From Mobula hypostoma (lineage: Eukaryota): 64,000 bases of DNA. Location of the stretch: positions 59,398,001 through 59,462,000 of the forward strand of contig NC_086108.1 in the NCBI RefSeq assembly GCF_963921235.1, given 5' to 3'. Below the pieces are notes generated by a model. It had not been told where the DNA came from and ran no database searches. It worked only from the letters and a program-made list of their open reading frames with translations. Below, piece by piece: positions 11,353 through 23,228 of this stretch. A program made the translations under genes and the position numbers. Within the stretch, counting starts at the first letter, position 1. Each line of letters opens with the position of its first letter.

Positions 11353-13638
11353 TTGTTCCCATTCCAACCTTACTCCTTCCAAACGGTCTGCTCTCCACTC
11401 CCTCCACACTAATCCTAACCTTACTATTAAACCTGCCGATAAGGGGGGTGATGTTGTAGTCTGGCGTACTGGTCTCTACCTTGCCGAGGCACAGTGACAA
11501 CTTGCGGATACCTCGTCTTATTTACCCCTCGAGCGTGACCCCACTAAGGAGCACCAGGCCATTGTCTCCAACACCATCACCGACTTTATTCGCTCAGGGG
11601 ATACCAACCTTATAGTTCCCACACCTCGCACTTCCCGTTTCTACCTCCTACCCAAGATCCACAAACCTGCCTGTCCTGGCAGACCTATTGTCTCACCTTG
11701 CTCCTGCCCCACCAAACTCATTTCTGCATACCTGGACACGGTTTTATCTCCCCTTTTTCAATCCCTTCCTACCTATGTTCATGACACTTCTCACGCTCTT
11801 AAACTTTTCGATGATTTTAAGTTCCCTGGCCCCCACCACTTTATTTTCACCATGGATGTCCAGTCCCTATATACCTCCATCCCCCATCAGGAAGGTCTCA
11901 AAGCTCTCCACTTCTTTTTGGATTCCAGAACTAATCAGTTCCCCTCTACCACCACTCTGCTCCGTCTCGCGGAATTAGTCCTTACTCTTAATAATTTCTC
12001 CTTTGGCTCCTCTCACTTCCTCCAAACTAAAGGTGTAGCTATGGGCACCCATATGGGTCCTAGCTATGCCTGTCTTTTTGTTGGCTTTGTAGAACGATCT
12101 ATGTTCCAAACCTATTCTGGTATCTGTCCCCCACTTTTCATTGACGACTGCATTGGCGCTGCTTCCTGCATACATGCTGAGCTCGTTGACTTCATTAACT
12201 TTGCCTCCAACTTTCACCCTGCCCTCAAGTTTACCTGGTCCATTTCAGACACCTCCCTCCCCTTTCTAGATCTTTCTGTCTCTATCTCTGGAGACAGCTT
12301 ATCCATTGATGTCTACTATAAGCCTACTGACTCTCACAGCTATCTGGACTATTCCTCTTCTCACTCTGTCTCTTGCAAAAATGCCATCCTCTTCTCGCAA
12401 TTCCTCCGTCTCCGCCGCATCTGCTCTCAGGATGAGGCTTTTCATTCCAGGACGAGGGAGATGTCCTCCTTTTTTAAGGAAAGGGGCTTCCCTTCCTCCA
12501 CCATCAACTCTGCCCTCAAACGCATCTCCCCCATTTCATGCACATCTGCTCTCATTCCATCCTCCTGTCACCCCACTAGGAATAGGGTTCCCCTGGTTCT
12601 CACCTACCACCCCACCAGCCTCCGAGTCCAACATATTATTCTCCATAACTTCTGCCACCTCCAACGTGATCCCACCACTAAGCACATCTTTCCCTCCCCT
12701 CCTCTCTGCTTTCCACAGAGATCACTCCCAATGCGACTCCCTTGTCCATTCATCCCCCCCATCCCTCCCCACTGATCTCCCTCCCGGCACTTATGCTTGT
12801 AAGCGGAACAAGTGCTACACATGCCCTTACACTTCCTCCCTTACCACCATTCAGGGCCACAGACAGTCATTCCAGGTGAGGCGACACTTCACCTGTGAGT
12901 CGGCTGGGGTGATATACTGCGTCCAGTGCTCCTGATGTGGCTTTCTATATATTGGTGAGACCCGGCGCAGACTGGGAGATCGTTTTGCTGAACACCTACG
13001 CTCTGTCCGCCAGAGAAAGCAGGATCTCCCAGTGGCCACACATTTTAATTCCACATCCCATTCCCATTCTGATATGTCAATCCATGGCCTCCTCTACTGT
13101 AAAGATGAAGCCACACTCATGTTGGAGGAACAACACCTTTTATTCCGTCTGGGTAGCCTCCAACCTGATGGCATGAACATTGACTTCTCTAACTTACGCT
13201 AATGCCCCACCTCCCCCTTGTACCCCATCCGTTATTTATTTATATACACATATTCTTTCTCTCTCTCTCTTTCTTCTCCCTCTGTCCCTCTGACTATACT
13301 CCTTGCCCATCCTCTGGGCTTTCCCCCCCTCCCCCTTTTCCTTCTCCCTGGGCCTCCTGTCCCATGATCCTCTCATATCCCTTTTGCCAATCACCTGTCC
13401 AGCTCTTGGCTCCATCCCTCCCCCTCCTGTCTTCTCCTATCATTTCGGATCTCCCCCTCCCCCTCCTACTTTCAAATCTCTTACTCACTCTTCCTTCAGT
13501 TAGTCCTGATGAAGGGTCTCGGCCTGAAAGGTCGACTGTACCTCTTCCTAGAGATGCTGCCTGGCCTGCTGCGTTCACCAACAACTTTGATGTGTGTTGC
13601 TTGAATTTCCAGCATCTGCAGAATTCTTCGTGTTTACA
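11353..13638 (+). mobile_element. Neptune-type Penelope-like element, 5'-truncated (right arm); disrupted RT-GIY-YIG ORF
   Basis: Motifs KPADKGG, DVQSLYTSIPH, GVAMGTHMGPSYA, FLDL, YYKPTD, CKRNKCYTC and GVIYCVQCS. A 9-nt deletion turns LFLRYIDD into LFIDD, and there is a stop at 12933-12935. Confidence 0.93.
13502..13537 (+). ncRNA. Penelope minimal hammerhead ribozyme motif, stem III mutated
   Basis: AGTC-CTGATGA-AGGGTCTCGGCCT-GAAA-G-GTC-GACT. Confidence 0.7.
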
Positions 13639-13842
13639 TTCACAAAAAAACAGTTTTCTCTGCACTTCTACTGACCCATGACAGAAAGTTGAAGTTCCTA
13701 TCAGTAGGATGCTAAATGATACTTTTTCACCAAATGACAACCATCATTATAGAAGACGCTACATTTCTGTAGTTAGCATTTTAGAAACAGTCACAGAGTT
13801 TTTCCACCCATTCTGATTTCAATTATTAAGATCTTTCATATA

Positions 13843-14465
13843 CACAGGATTCTGCAGATGCAGGAAATCCAGAGTAGCACACTCAAAATTCAAGAGGAAC
13901 TCAGCAGGTCAGGTAGCATTTATGCAGAGGACTAAATAATTGATGTTTGGGGAAAAACCTTCAAAAGGACTGGAAAAGAAGAGGGAAGAAGAAGGTGGGG
14001 GGGGGAGGGGAAAGAGTACAAAGTAAGGTGAAGCCAGGTGAGAGAGGTGGGATGAAATGAGAAGCTGGACGGTGATAAGTGAAAAAGATAAAGGACTGAA
14101 GAAGAAGGAAATGGATAGAAGAGGAGTTGATCATGGAAGAAAGGGAAGGAGGAGGGGCATCAGAGGGAGGTGATAGACAGTTGAGGAAAAGAGAAGGGGT
14201 AAGACAGGATTCAGAATGGGGGATGGAAAAAGAGAAAAGGGGATGGGGAGAAATTACCAGAAGTTTGAGAAATCAATGTTCATGCCGCCAGGTTGGAAGC
14301 TACCCAGATGGAATATGAAGTGTTGCTCCTCCAGCCTTGAGAGCGGTTCTATCATGCCAGTAGAGGAGACCAGGGATCAGCATATCGGAATTGCAATGGA
14401 CAGTAGAATTAAAATGGTTGGCAACTGGGAAATCCTGCTTGTTACAGACGGAGTGAAGGTGCTTG
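13843..14465 (-). mobile_element. Older Penelope-like 3' fragment
   Basis: Same tail type (ATTCTGCAGATGC..CAGCAGGTCAGG) and GIY-YIG end (ATGTTCATGCC..GGTTGGAAGCTACCC) as 9671-10260, but more diverged. Confidence 0.8.
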
Positions 14466-14724
14466 AGATCTTTCTTTGAATATGATTTTAAAAACTAACC
14501 ATCTTCCCCAAATACACTCATAATATGCATAAGATATTGTATCATCATCAAGATGCATACATGTATATCATTAAACTTACTTTCATAAGCATGTACAGTA
14601 CTGGACTATCCCAGAATATTCTTACATGGTTTTCTGATTTTCCTGACCATTTGTATGCACTCTGGTGAGACTTTTTCATTCCTTTCATTTGCTTTTCAGA
14701 GAAAGCAATGTCAATCATTAATCA

Positions 14725-15510
14725 GAGTCATAAGTTCATAGACCAGTGCAGCATGTGTACAGGCACTTTGACCAATGAGTCTCTGCAGACCTCTGTGCCC
14801 AGCTAACTAGTCCTAATTTCCCCCATTCAGCCATTGTTTTTCCAAGCTCCACCGTCTCCATGTGCTTATCCAACTGCTTCTTAAATTTCATTATTATACC
14901 CACCTCAACCACTTGCTCTGACACCTCATCCCATATAATCGCCATCCTCTGTGTGAAAAGGTTGTTCCTCAGGTCACTTTCAAATCTTTCCAATCTGCCC
15001 CTTCTCTAGGGAAAACACGTATCTATGACTCTCATCATTTTAAACACTTTGATAATGGTGCCCCTCACTCTCCTACTAAAACCTAGCCTGGCCAACCTCT
15101 CCCTATAACTCAGGCCCACTAGACCTGGCAACGTTTTCATAAATCTAAGTTTAACCATTTCTTTTCTATAATAGGGTGAGCAAATCTGCACACAGTACTC
15201 TGTGTGCAGCCTTATTAATGACACAAGCAGCTACAAGATACTGCACCATAACTCCTATATTCCCCCCTCGGACTGATGGAGGGCAGCATACTAAACAGCT
15301 TGTTTACCATCCTGTCTTCTTATGACACCACTTTGAAGGAGCTATGCGTGAACTCCCAGGTCTCTCTGTTCCATTACAGGCCGTAGCACACCATTGTTCA
15401 TATTATAAATTCTACACTGGCTTGGCTTTCATTCTACACTGGTTTTGAATCACTTTATACTTTACTGAAATCCACTGCCATTCCTTGACCCACTTCCCTA
15501 ACTAATCAAT
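14725..15510 (-). mobile_element. CR1 3' remnant
   Basis: ORF pieces RLHTEYCVQICSPYYRK and LRNNLFTQR. Confidence 0.8.
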
Positions 15511-16791
15511 AAACGACAATAACCTTCTACGAACATACATGTAGTGCTCAGGAAATTTCATAATTCAAGTTAATGGCCCTATTAAATCCAACCAATGCAC
15601 CACTTTTCTCCTCTTACTGTTGTTCTCAGTGAAAGCTATAGCTTGGAAAATGTGAAAATATAGATAATTGAAGCAAAATATTTTACCATAAATATTCACT
15701 CTGGGGATTGAAAACCTATAAATCATATATATGCAGATCATATAAAACCAATAATTCAAAGAATTACATAAAATGAAACAAGCTACATCAGAGTTTGCAT
15801 ATTCAAGAGATGAATTCTTCCAACAGCTTGAGGGGCTGTGGATGAAAGCACCATGTGTCTATAACTGAGTGTTTTGATTAGAAAAGTTTTAGGCTCTGTG
15901 TGAAGAGTAACCATGTTTTTCAGAGTGCTGTAATTTAGTATTTGCAGACTGGGTAAAGAATGAAAATGTGATCTGTGAGACTAATTCAGATCACTGTCCA
16001 ATGACCTCGGCTAGAATGTATTAGTGTAGACATTCATTGAAGACGGAACTGAACTCATCTGCTATATTGTTCATGATTAAACAGCCCACTAACTGTAGAT
16101 ATCCAGACAAATGAAAAATGGCATGGGTGGGTGATGTAGCAGAGTGATGTTAGTACGGTATCTATGAGAATGTAACAAAGCAAATGAGAAGAGAAAAGTA
16201 ACAAATCTCAAAATAACTTCCATCGGGCACATTTTTGTATTACTGTGCAAAAATATAATTCCACTATCTTGGAAATATTAAGTCTTTGATTAATTGTTAT
16301 CACATAGGTGTTAATAACCCTCTGATATCCAATTATCAAATCCAGTCTCAGCAATAATGAGAATTAAACTTTTTTGGTTTACAGAAAAAAATATTTTCAT
16401 ATGACATCCATGTTGTAGCAGGGGTTTCAAGTTGCTAGGTGCAGGGATAAAGCCCATGTTTTCTGATTCAGGGACATTACTCCCATGATCAAACATCAGA
16501 ATTTATCAACCTTTGCGCAAACTGTGAAATGATCCTAAATCAGCTGAACAGGCTACTTTAAAATGTATCTTAGCTGGATGCAACCCATGTGTAGCATATT
16601 CTGCTCCTTTACCATTTTCCAATTTTAAAATTCAACTGGAAGGGCAAGATGTGCTTATCCTTTATTGACAAATGTAATCTGAATAGCAGAATGATGTTTC
16701 CATACCCATCAATATTTCTTTTATTTTTGCTAATGCAAAAGTAAAATTCATCATACCTGAAAAAGGATCCAGTACTTCCCCATTGTATATG

Positions 16792-16977
16792 ATGAATAAA
16801 CTCTTCTTGAGCTTCTAGCCAGATGCAGGAATCAATTGTAACCAACACTTCGATGACAAACTCTGCCATCTTCATCAGAGATATAGATCCCTGATGAAGA
16901 TAGCAGAGTTTGTTATCGAAATATCGATTATAATTGATACCTGTAACCGGCTGGAAGCCCGGTAAGAGTTAATTCAT
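16792..16977. mobile_element. 186-bp palindromic element made of two inverted hammerhead-like motifs (probably Penelope-derived)
   Basis: Arms at 16792-16882 and 16887-16977 with a 4-nt spacer. The right arm reads CTGATGA-A-GATAGCAG AGT TTGTTATC-GAAA-TATC. Confidence 0.75.
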
Positions 16978-18589
16978 TAATCATATCTGTGTAGATCAAA
17001 TATGAGTGATAGTATATACTTAAGTGGTGGAAGGCATTTTCTAAAACCCAAAATATACGGTGTGAGTCAAACTGGGCAGAAGCTTAAAGAAAAGCAAAAT
17101 AAGCATAGCTTTCTCTGAAAGGATTCCTACTTAGCCAGTTTTAATCACAGCTGAGGAAGAGGATTACAGGGAGTAATTTTCTTATAACATCACAGGAGAA
17201 GGATAAAATCTAAGAGTGAACAGACTTCTTTTGATGTAACTCAAAAAATATTGTTAAAACGAAACTGTTCCTACCTAATGAAACCCTGATCAAGCCGAAC
17301 ATAGGCACAATGGTTTCAATAAACTGAATTGAACAATCTTAACATACACTTCAGATTAAAATTTTGATTTCTGCAATATATATGCCCATTTATTCTCTCT
17401 AAATAGATGTACCTAACCAATTGACAATGTAGGATCATTTAATCTAGGTTGAAAAACAGGGATTCAAGATATCTACTGTACTACTGTCGATTTCCTCAAG
17501 TTGCAGGAACAATAAACATCATTCTTATTGTTATTTAATTGTAACTCTTCATTCCTTGTCAGAAATGCAATGCCTAAGATTTCCAAGACAAGGTCCTACA
17601 AGCAGCAATAAAAATAACAATGAATATTGGCCAGGGCACTAAATGCACTTCCCTGCTTTATTTTTCACGTTGCTTTATCCACCCAAGATGGAAGATAAGA
17701 CTTAATGTGACATCTTAACTAAATATGATGCCCACACACTAATGTATCGATGGGCTAATGTAGATAATAACACTCATGAAGGAAAACACATATGGGCCCA
17801 CAGATAAAAGATTTATTCTATCTGCATTGCCCTGTATACAAAATCTATGAGACACCGGAGATTTTTTTAAAAATTTGTTCTTAATATGCCCAGCAGAATG
17901 ATGTTCCAATGAATATCCCTAATGAAAAACCTGAAGAAAGATTGGGACACACATCCATGCAAACATACAGAGCATCAAAGAGCAGGAGGGAAACAGATTC
18001 AACAGCTGCTATTAGAAATAAAATTTCTTCTTCATATCAATGAAATATATCTGTCATGGTTTTTCAGTTCTTCAAAACCATACTGTCCTACCCAATCCAA
18101 ATGATCACACACCAGAACCTTATTACAACATTCTTAATGGAAGATTCCAAGGACATTGAACCATTTGATGTTTCAGATTATTAGTACAAGATTATTTGTA
18201 ATATGAAGGAATACTTGGCATTGACCTGGAAATGTATCTGTGCAGTGATAATTTTTCAGGCTCTGAATAGATCACCAAGCTCACAACATGGGGGAAAAAG
18301 CACACCATTTGCCCTTTGGAATAATGCTGACAGGACACATAGCAAACATTTTAGTTAATTCAAATTTTGGTAATCTATGTCTTGTACATGTTATGCTTTT
18401 CCAATGCACTACTTATCATTTGCAACTCACACAACATATTACGGGCTCCCTGGTGGGAAGACTTCCATACTTACCCTAATGTGAATATGAAGTTCCATTC
18501 TTCCAGGGTGATCTGGCTTCCTCCCACGTCCTAGAGGTGTCCTGATAGGTTCGTTGGCTTCAGTAAATTAACCCTCTGGTCTGCCAGCA

Positions 18590-19140
18590 CAGCAATATGT
18601 TGAGACTTTATAAAGCACTGGTGAGGCCTCATTTGGAGTATTGTGAGCAGCTTTGGTCACCTTATCTTAGAAAGGATGTGATGAAACTGAAGAGGGTTCA
18701 AAGGATGTTCACAAAAATGATTCCAGGATTGAATAGCTTGCCATATGAAGAGCATTTGATGGCTCTGGGCTGTATTCACTAGAATTCAGAAGAATGAGGG
18801 GTGACCTCATTGAAACTTATTAAATAGTGAAAGGCCTTGATATAGTAAATGTGGAGAGGATATTTCCTGTGGTGGGATTGTTTAAGACCAGAGGACACAG
18901 TCTCAGAATAGATGGGGCATTCTTTTGGAAACAGAGATGAGGAGGAATTTCTTTAGCCAGAGAATGGTGACTCTGTGGAATTCTTTGCCACCAACAGCTG
19001 TGGAGGCCAAGTCTTTATGTATATTTAAAGCAGAGGTTGATAGATTCTTGCTTGGTCAGGGCATGAAGGAATATAGGATGAAGGCAGGAGCAGACTCAAT
19101 GGGCCAAATAGCCTAATTCTGCTCCTATATCTTATCGTCT
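18590..19140 (+). mobile_element. CR1 3' fragment
   Basis: LYKALVRPHLEYCEQLWSPYL and RRNFFSQR motifs plus a CR1 3' tail. Confidence 0.9.
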
Positions 19141-20039
19141 AATATGTCTATGGAGGAATGTTGTCAACTGGCATATTCCGGTATTGAGGGACACATGCAA
19201 AAGCTTGGTGGGGAAAAATCACAGTTCTTCTGTTACTGAACATAGAGAGTCTGGGTCAGATGAGGAAGTTTTTCAGTTAGTTCAGTAGTGTACAGCCCCA
19301 AGGACACATGAGTGGTAAAGGTTCTAATAGATTTAAATAATGCAATTTAACACAAAACATATTGTAAATGAATATAAGAACAAAAAGGTGTTGCACAGTT
19401 TTTTTTGCTGGCAAGTACTTTTTATTATAAACAATGTTTATTTTAGATTAACAAACCCTGAAAGTAAATGACAAAAGAATCAAAGGGAAGGGAGTTGAGA
19501 AGCATGTGGAAGACTGTAAGTTGCAGACCTACAGGGGAATACGACTCTTGTAGTTGCCCTCTTGACAGCCGGCATAGGCCCACTGAGGCAAGTGGTCTCC
19601 CTTTGTCTTGGGGTAAGTAAGTAATAATAGGTGGAGGATTTTAAAATTAAGTCTGATATGGCCACTGGATCATTTAATATTAATTTTGGGTTACCCAATG
19701 AGAAATATCCTATACCAGTTTGCAGATTATATTAATGGACCAGTAGTTTCGAAGCTTGGGCTAAATTTCAAATCTGTCCATGGAAGTTAGAGATCTTGAA
19801 TTTAATCTTATTTTAGGGATGTAATAAAATAAAATCCTGGGTGCTTGTGTATATAAAAGTGGATATGAAGATGCTAGATTGTTATTAAACATTCGATTGA
19901 TTCACTAAGATGGGTTTAAGAAACCTGCTTTGCTCTCCCACGTTTTGCCCAGCATGGACAATATTCAATACCCTGGAATGCTCATATGGTCTGAATAGTT
20001 CAGAGGCAAAAAATATCAACAGAGGGACACATTCATCTC

Positions 20040-20437
20040 AGCTCTGCATATGCAGGGCTCTTGGTATTATCAAGGATCACAAGCATCCATCCAGCATCCT
20101 CTTTGACATTCTACCATCAGACAGTAGATTTCGATGCATGAAAACAAGAATGGTCGGGATGGGAAACAGCTTCTTCCCTCGGGCGATGAGGCTTCTGAAC
20201 ACCCTGCCACATCACATTCGAAGTGTCACCGGATAATTTTTACTGTACCTTACAATATTACACTTCTGTGCTTTACCTTGGTTATTTATGTGTGATTCAT
20301 TTGTAGATTTAATTCTTACTTTGAGTTATTGTGTGTTAGGTGTACTACTCTGCTTTACAGCCTGGTCCGGAGAAACGCTGCCTCATTTGGCGAAATACAT
20401 GTATGTAGTTAAATGATGATAAATTTGACTGACTTGA
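20040..20437 (+). mobile_element. Rex1/Babar 3' fragment
   Basis: IIKDHKHPSSILFDILPS..NSFFPRAMRLLN, with a TTGACTGACTTGA tail. Confidence 0.8.
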
Positions 20438-20479
20438 TAGATGTTTATGTCCATTTATCAATATGCACACAACTGCATT

Positions 20480-22600
20480 TGCAAACAAAAATGCGCAGAG
20501 TTAGTTTAAAAAAACGCAGAGGTTACCGGAACTTTAATTCCTCAAGTAATCTAGGATAGTAAACACACAATAAGAATCTCTGTTGCTGGATGGTTCACGA
20601 GGAGAAGCAACAAATTTCTTAGTTTTTTAGCATAACTACCCACGTCACGTCAAAAAAACTCCGGATCACAACAAGTTTATGTTGTACTACCGCCTGATTG
20701 CAATATTTCTCCTGTATTTTTGAACGAAAATATACTTGAGTATTACGGATTGATCTCCTTCCACGCTTGGATACAGGAGATTAGAATTCGGAGCCATTAC
20801 CACGAGTTATTTTCCCCTGCGCAAATCATGCACGAAAACTATTAACCTGTAATTATTTCCCAGTGAAATCGCGCTCATTGTATACAGTACAATTCACTAG
20901 TGTAGTTAGTATTTCCACCAACATCCTTCACACACCCGATGATGTCAGAGGTACAAAGTGTACAGTTCCTCCTTTGCTGGTAGAAAGTTGAGCTTTTAGA
21001 TACAACAGGCGACCTTGTAAAGCAGTCGCAAAAATAAACAAGGAGTACTGTACAGCGCGATGAGATGGCTAATGATACATCAATTGATCTGTGGGAGCTC
21101 TGCCATTGCAGCATTTTTTCGTTTTAATTTGCATAATGCATATCAGATCTACAAGCTACAACCGCTGACACACAGTGTAGAGAAGGCATTAAGATTGGGG
21201 ATGTGCTCACTGCCCACTTCACCTCGCACCTTCCCTCAACTCCATGATAGTCCCAGACAACTGCCCTGCCAAAACCATTGAGAAGAGTTCCCTCAAGGTT
21301 TCCCTGTGGTCGGCATGACAAAATAGCGGCTGCTCATAGCTCGCTACAAAGCTCCCATTGGGAATTGCGCAATCCCGTTTCGGCCCATGGTTTTATGTGT
21401 AAATCAGCATTGCGGCGTTATTAATGTATTTTAGGCAATTTTACAATTTATAGATGATTCATTTAGGTATTTTTCCTCTTTGCAGAACATATCTCAGCCA
21501 TTAAAAATCTGATGAAGTTTCTCTCAGCATTTTGCTGAACTCTTCCACCCGCACACCCGGGACTACGTTGTTTCCGGGTTGTCAAGGACGCTAAACGGCG
21601 ACTTTGATTTGCCGATTTGTGTCCCTTACCTAGTCTTAACCCCCCCCCCCGTCTTTTTTCCCCCAGTCTTGATGAAGGGTCTCGGTCCGAAACGTCGCCT
21701 ATTTCTGGCTTGTTGCGTTCCTCGAGCATTTTGTGTGTGCTGCTGCCAGCGTCTCTATGGGCGGGCGGTCTCCGCTTTGAAAGACCCTGACTTTTCCCAA
21801 GTTAGTGATCGGATCTTCCCCATGGATTGGGATATGGAGGATTGGACGGGATTGTGAGGTCAGATTTAGCGAAGAAAACACTTTCGAACTGCCCTGGGGA
21901 TATTAATGCTTTTTAAAAATAAACAGACTGCAAGTTTTTTTTTGTTTTTCTTGCAGATGAATGGGATGGAAGCCTTAGTGATCTCCTGTTAGTTTGGAGC
22001 GGTGCATATATGAAGCTCTTCCCGCTCCATGAAGGACCTAACGATAAATGCCTCCAAGGAGTTCCCTGTCAATGGCAAGGAGGACATTAAATTATGTCAG
22101 CGGCGTGCACGGAGGTCTCCTCGCTTCCCCATATGCCAGTGATCGACAATCAGAAAGGCACTCGCCGAAGACGCAGCACGCTGAACCCAGCTGCATTGTC
22201 GCAAGATGGGCAGCGCTATCTGCAAGCAGCCCATGACTCGTAGCCGCATCCAATGAGTGAGCTACCCAACACAAACTAGGAAACTGTTCCAGCACCATCT
22301 GTATAACATTGCTTACATTACAATAGTAACTATAGTTCAAAAGGAGTTCATTTAGAGTTCGCCGATTAATTAAATACAATTCAAACCCATGGCTTTCTCT
22401 TCTAATGGGATCAAGGTTCGAAAAACAACAGAAAACCAGAAGATTGGCAAAGCAGACTGAAGAATGGCAGTAAAGCAGTTCCATGATCTTCGAAAGGAGT
22501 ATTCTTACATCATAGAAAAACATCAAAGGACTGATTAACCAAGGCTCTGCCATAAGCCCGTTTGGGGTGAGGGAATAGCAACGCGCAGCTGGCTTATTTA
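20480..22600. promoter_or_regulatory. Intronic CpG-rich island, promoter/enhancer-like
   Basis: I counted 19 CpG in 21541-21780 versus 2 in 3001-3240. Motifs: CRE-like CACGTCACGTCA (20641), octamer TAATTTGCATAAT (~21125), C/EBP palindrome ATTGCGCAAT (21364-21373) and ETS-like TTTCCGG (~21571). Confidence 0.55.
21665..21700 (+). ncRNA. Penelope minimal hammerhead motif (C3->U variant) in a short Penelope tail at ~21625-21755
   Basis: AGTC-TTGATGA-A-GGG TCTCGG TCC-GAAA-C-GTC-GCCT, with CpGs retained. Confidence 0.6.
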
Positions 22601-23228
22601 AATCAACTATTAAATTATGACCTTTATTAAGCATCAGTCTTGGGAAAAGCTCTGAACAGAATGCACACTTTGCCTACTAAGATTCCTGGATTCTGGATTA
22701 CAATTCTCTCATGAGAGAAAGGATTTATATGGATGTAGGAATATAATGACATGTTGAACTTCCAATTGCTCTTTCCTGACTTATTTTGCTTAGTTTGGAT
22801 TGATATATTTAGCTTTGAAATTAGCCAATATAAATTTGTAAGAAGGACACCTTCCTCTGCTGGGTTTCCCAGTATCTGATGGAATAGCAAAGTGGAGCTG
22901 ATTGGAGAAGTACCTCATGGTTTCTGAACCAAAGGAATTCTAGGATAGCATAATTAGGGGAGAAAGGTTCTTCGCAGTGTAAAACTCATTATTAAATATC
23001 AACTGAAGAAGTTTTGGAAGGTTTACCAAGCTTCAACAGAGTGCTATGTTGGGTGAACATGAGGTGCTTGGGATGAAAGGCAGCACAATGGATAAACTCA
23101 ATTATAGATTGAAGCCATGATAACGGGACTTAGAGGGAAGAGTAAGATTGGCAATACATTTGTTTTCTGGCAGGAGAGCATGTACTTGGGATGACCTAAA
23201 GAAAAACTAATCAAACATTGTTCGGTTT

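Noticed and set aside
16753..16766. Recursive splice site candidate TTTTTCAG|GTATGA on the minus strand (also TTTCAG|GTAAAT near 36455); recursive splicing is known in the paralogues NTM and OPCML
   Set aside because: The polypyrimidine tracts are short and such motifs are expected by chance in 37 kb. A saw-tooth RNA-seq pattern would be needed.
17620..17770. Possible Deu-domain or other ancient SINE remnants (also ~53590-53730)
   Set aside because: Too decayed to call confidently without a profile search.
22092..22634. 180-aa minus-strand ORF as a gene or NEGR1 exon
   Set aside because: It has no Ig-domain or other recognisable motif and does not resemble NEGR1 exon 2.
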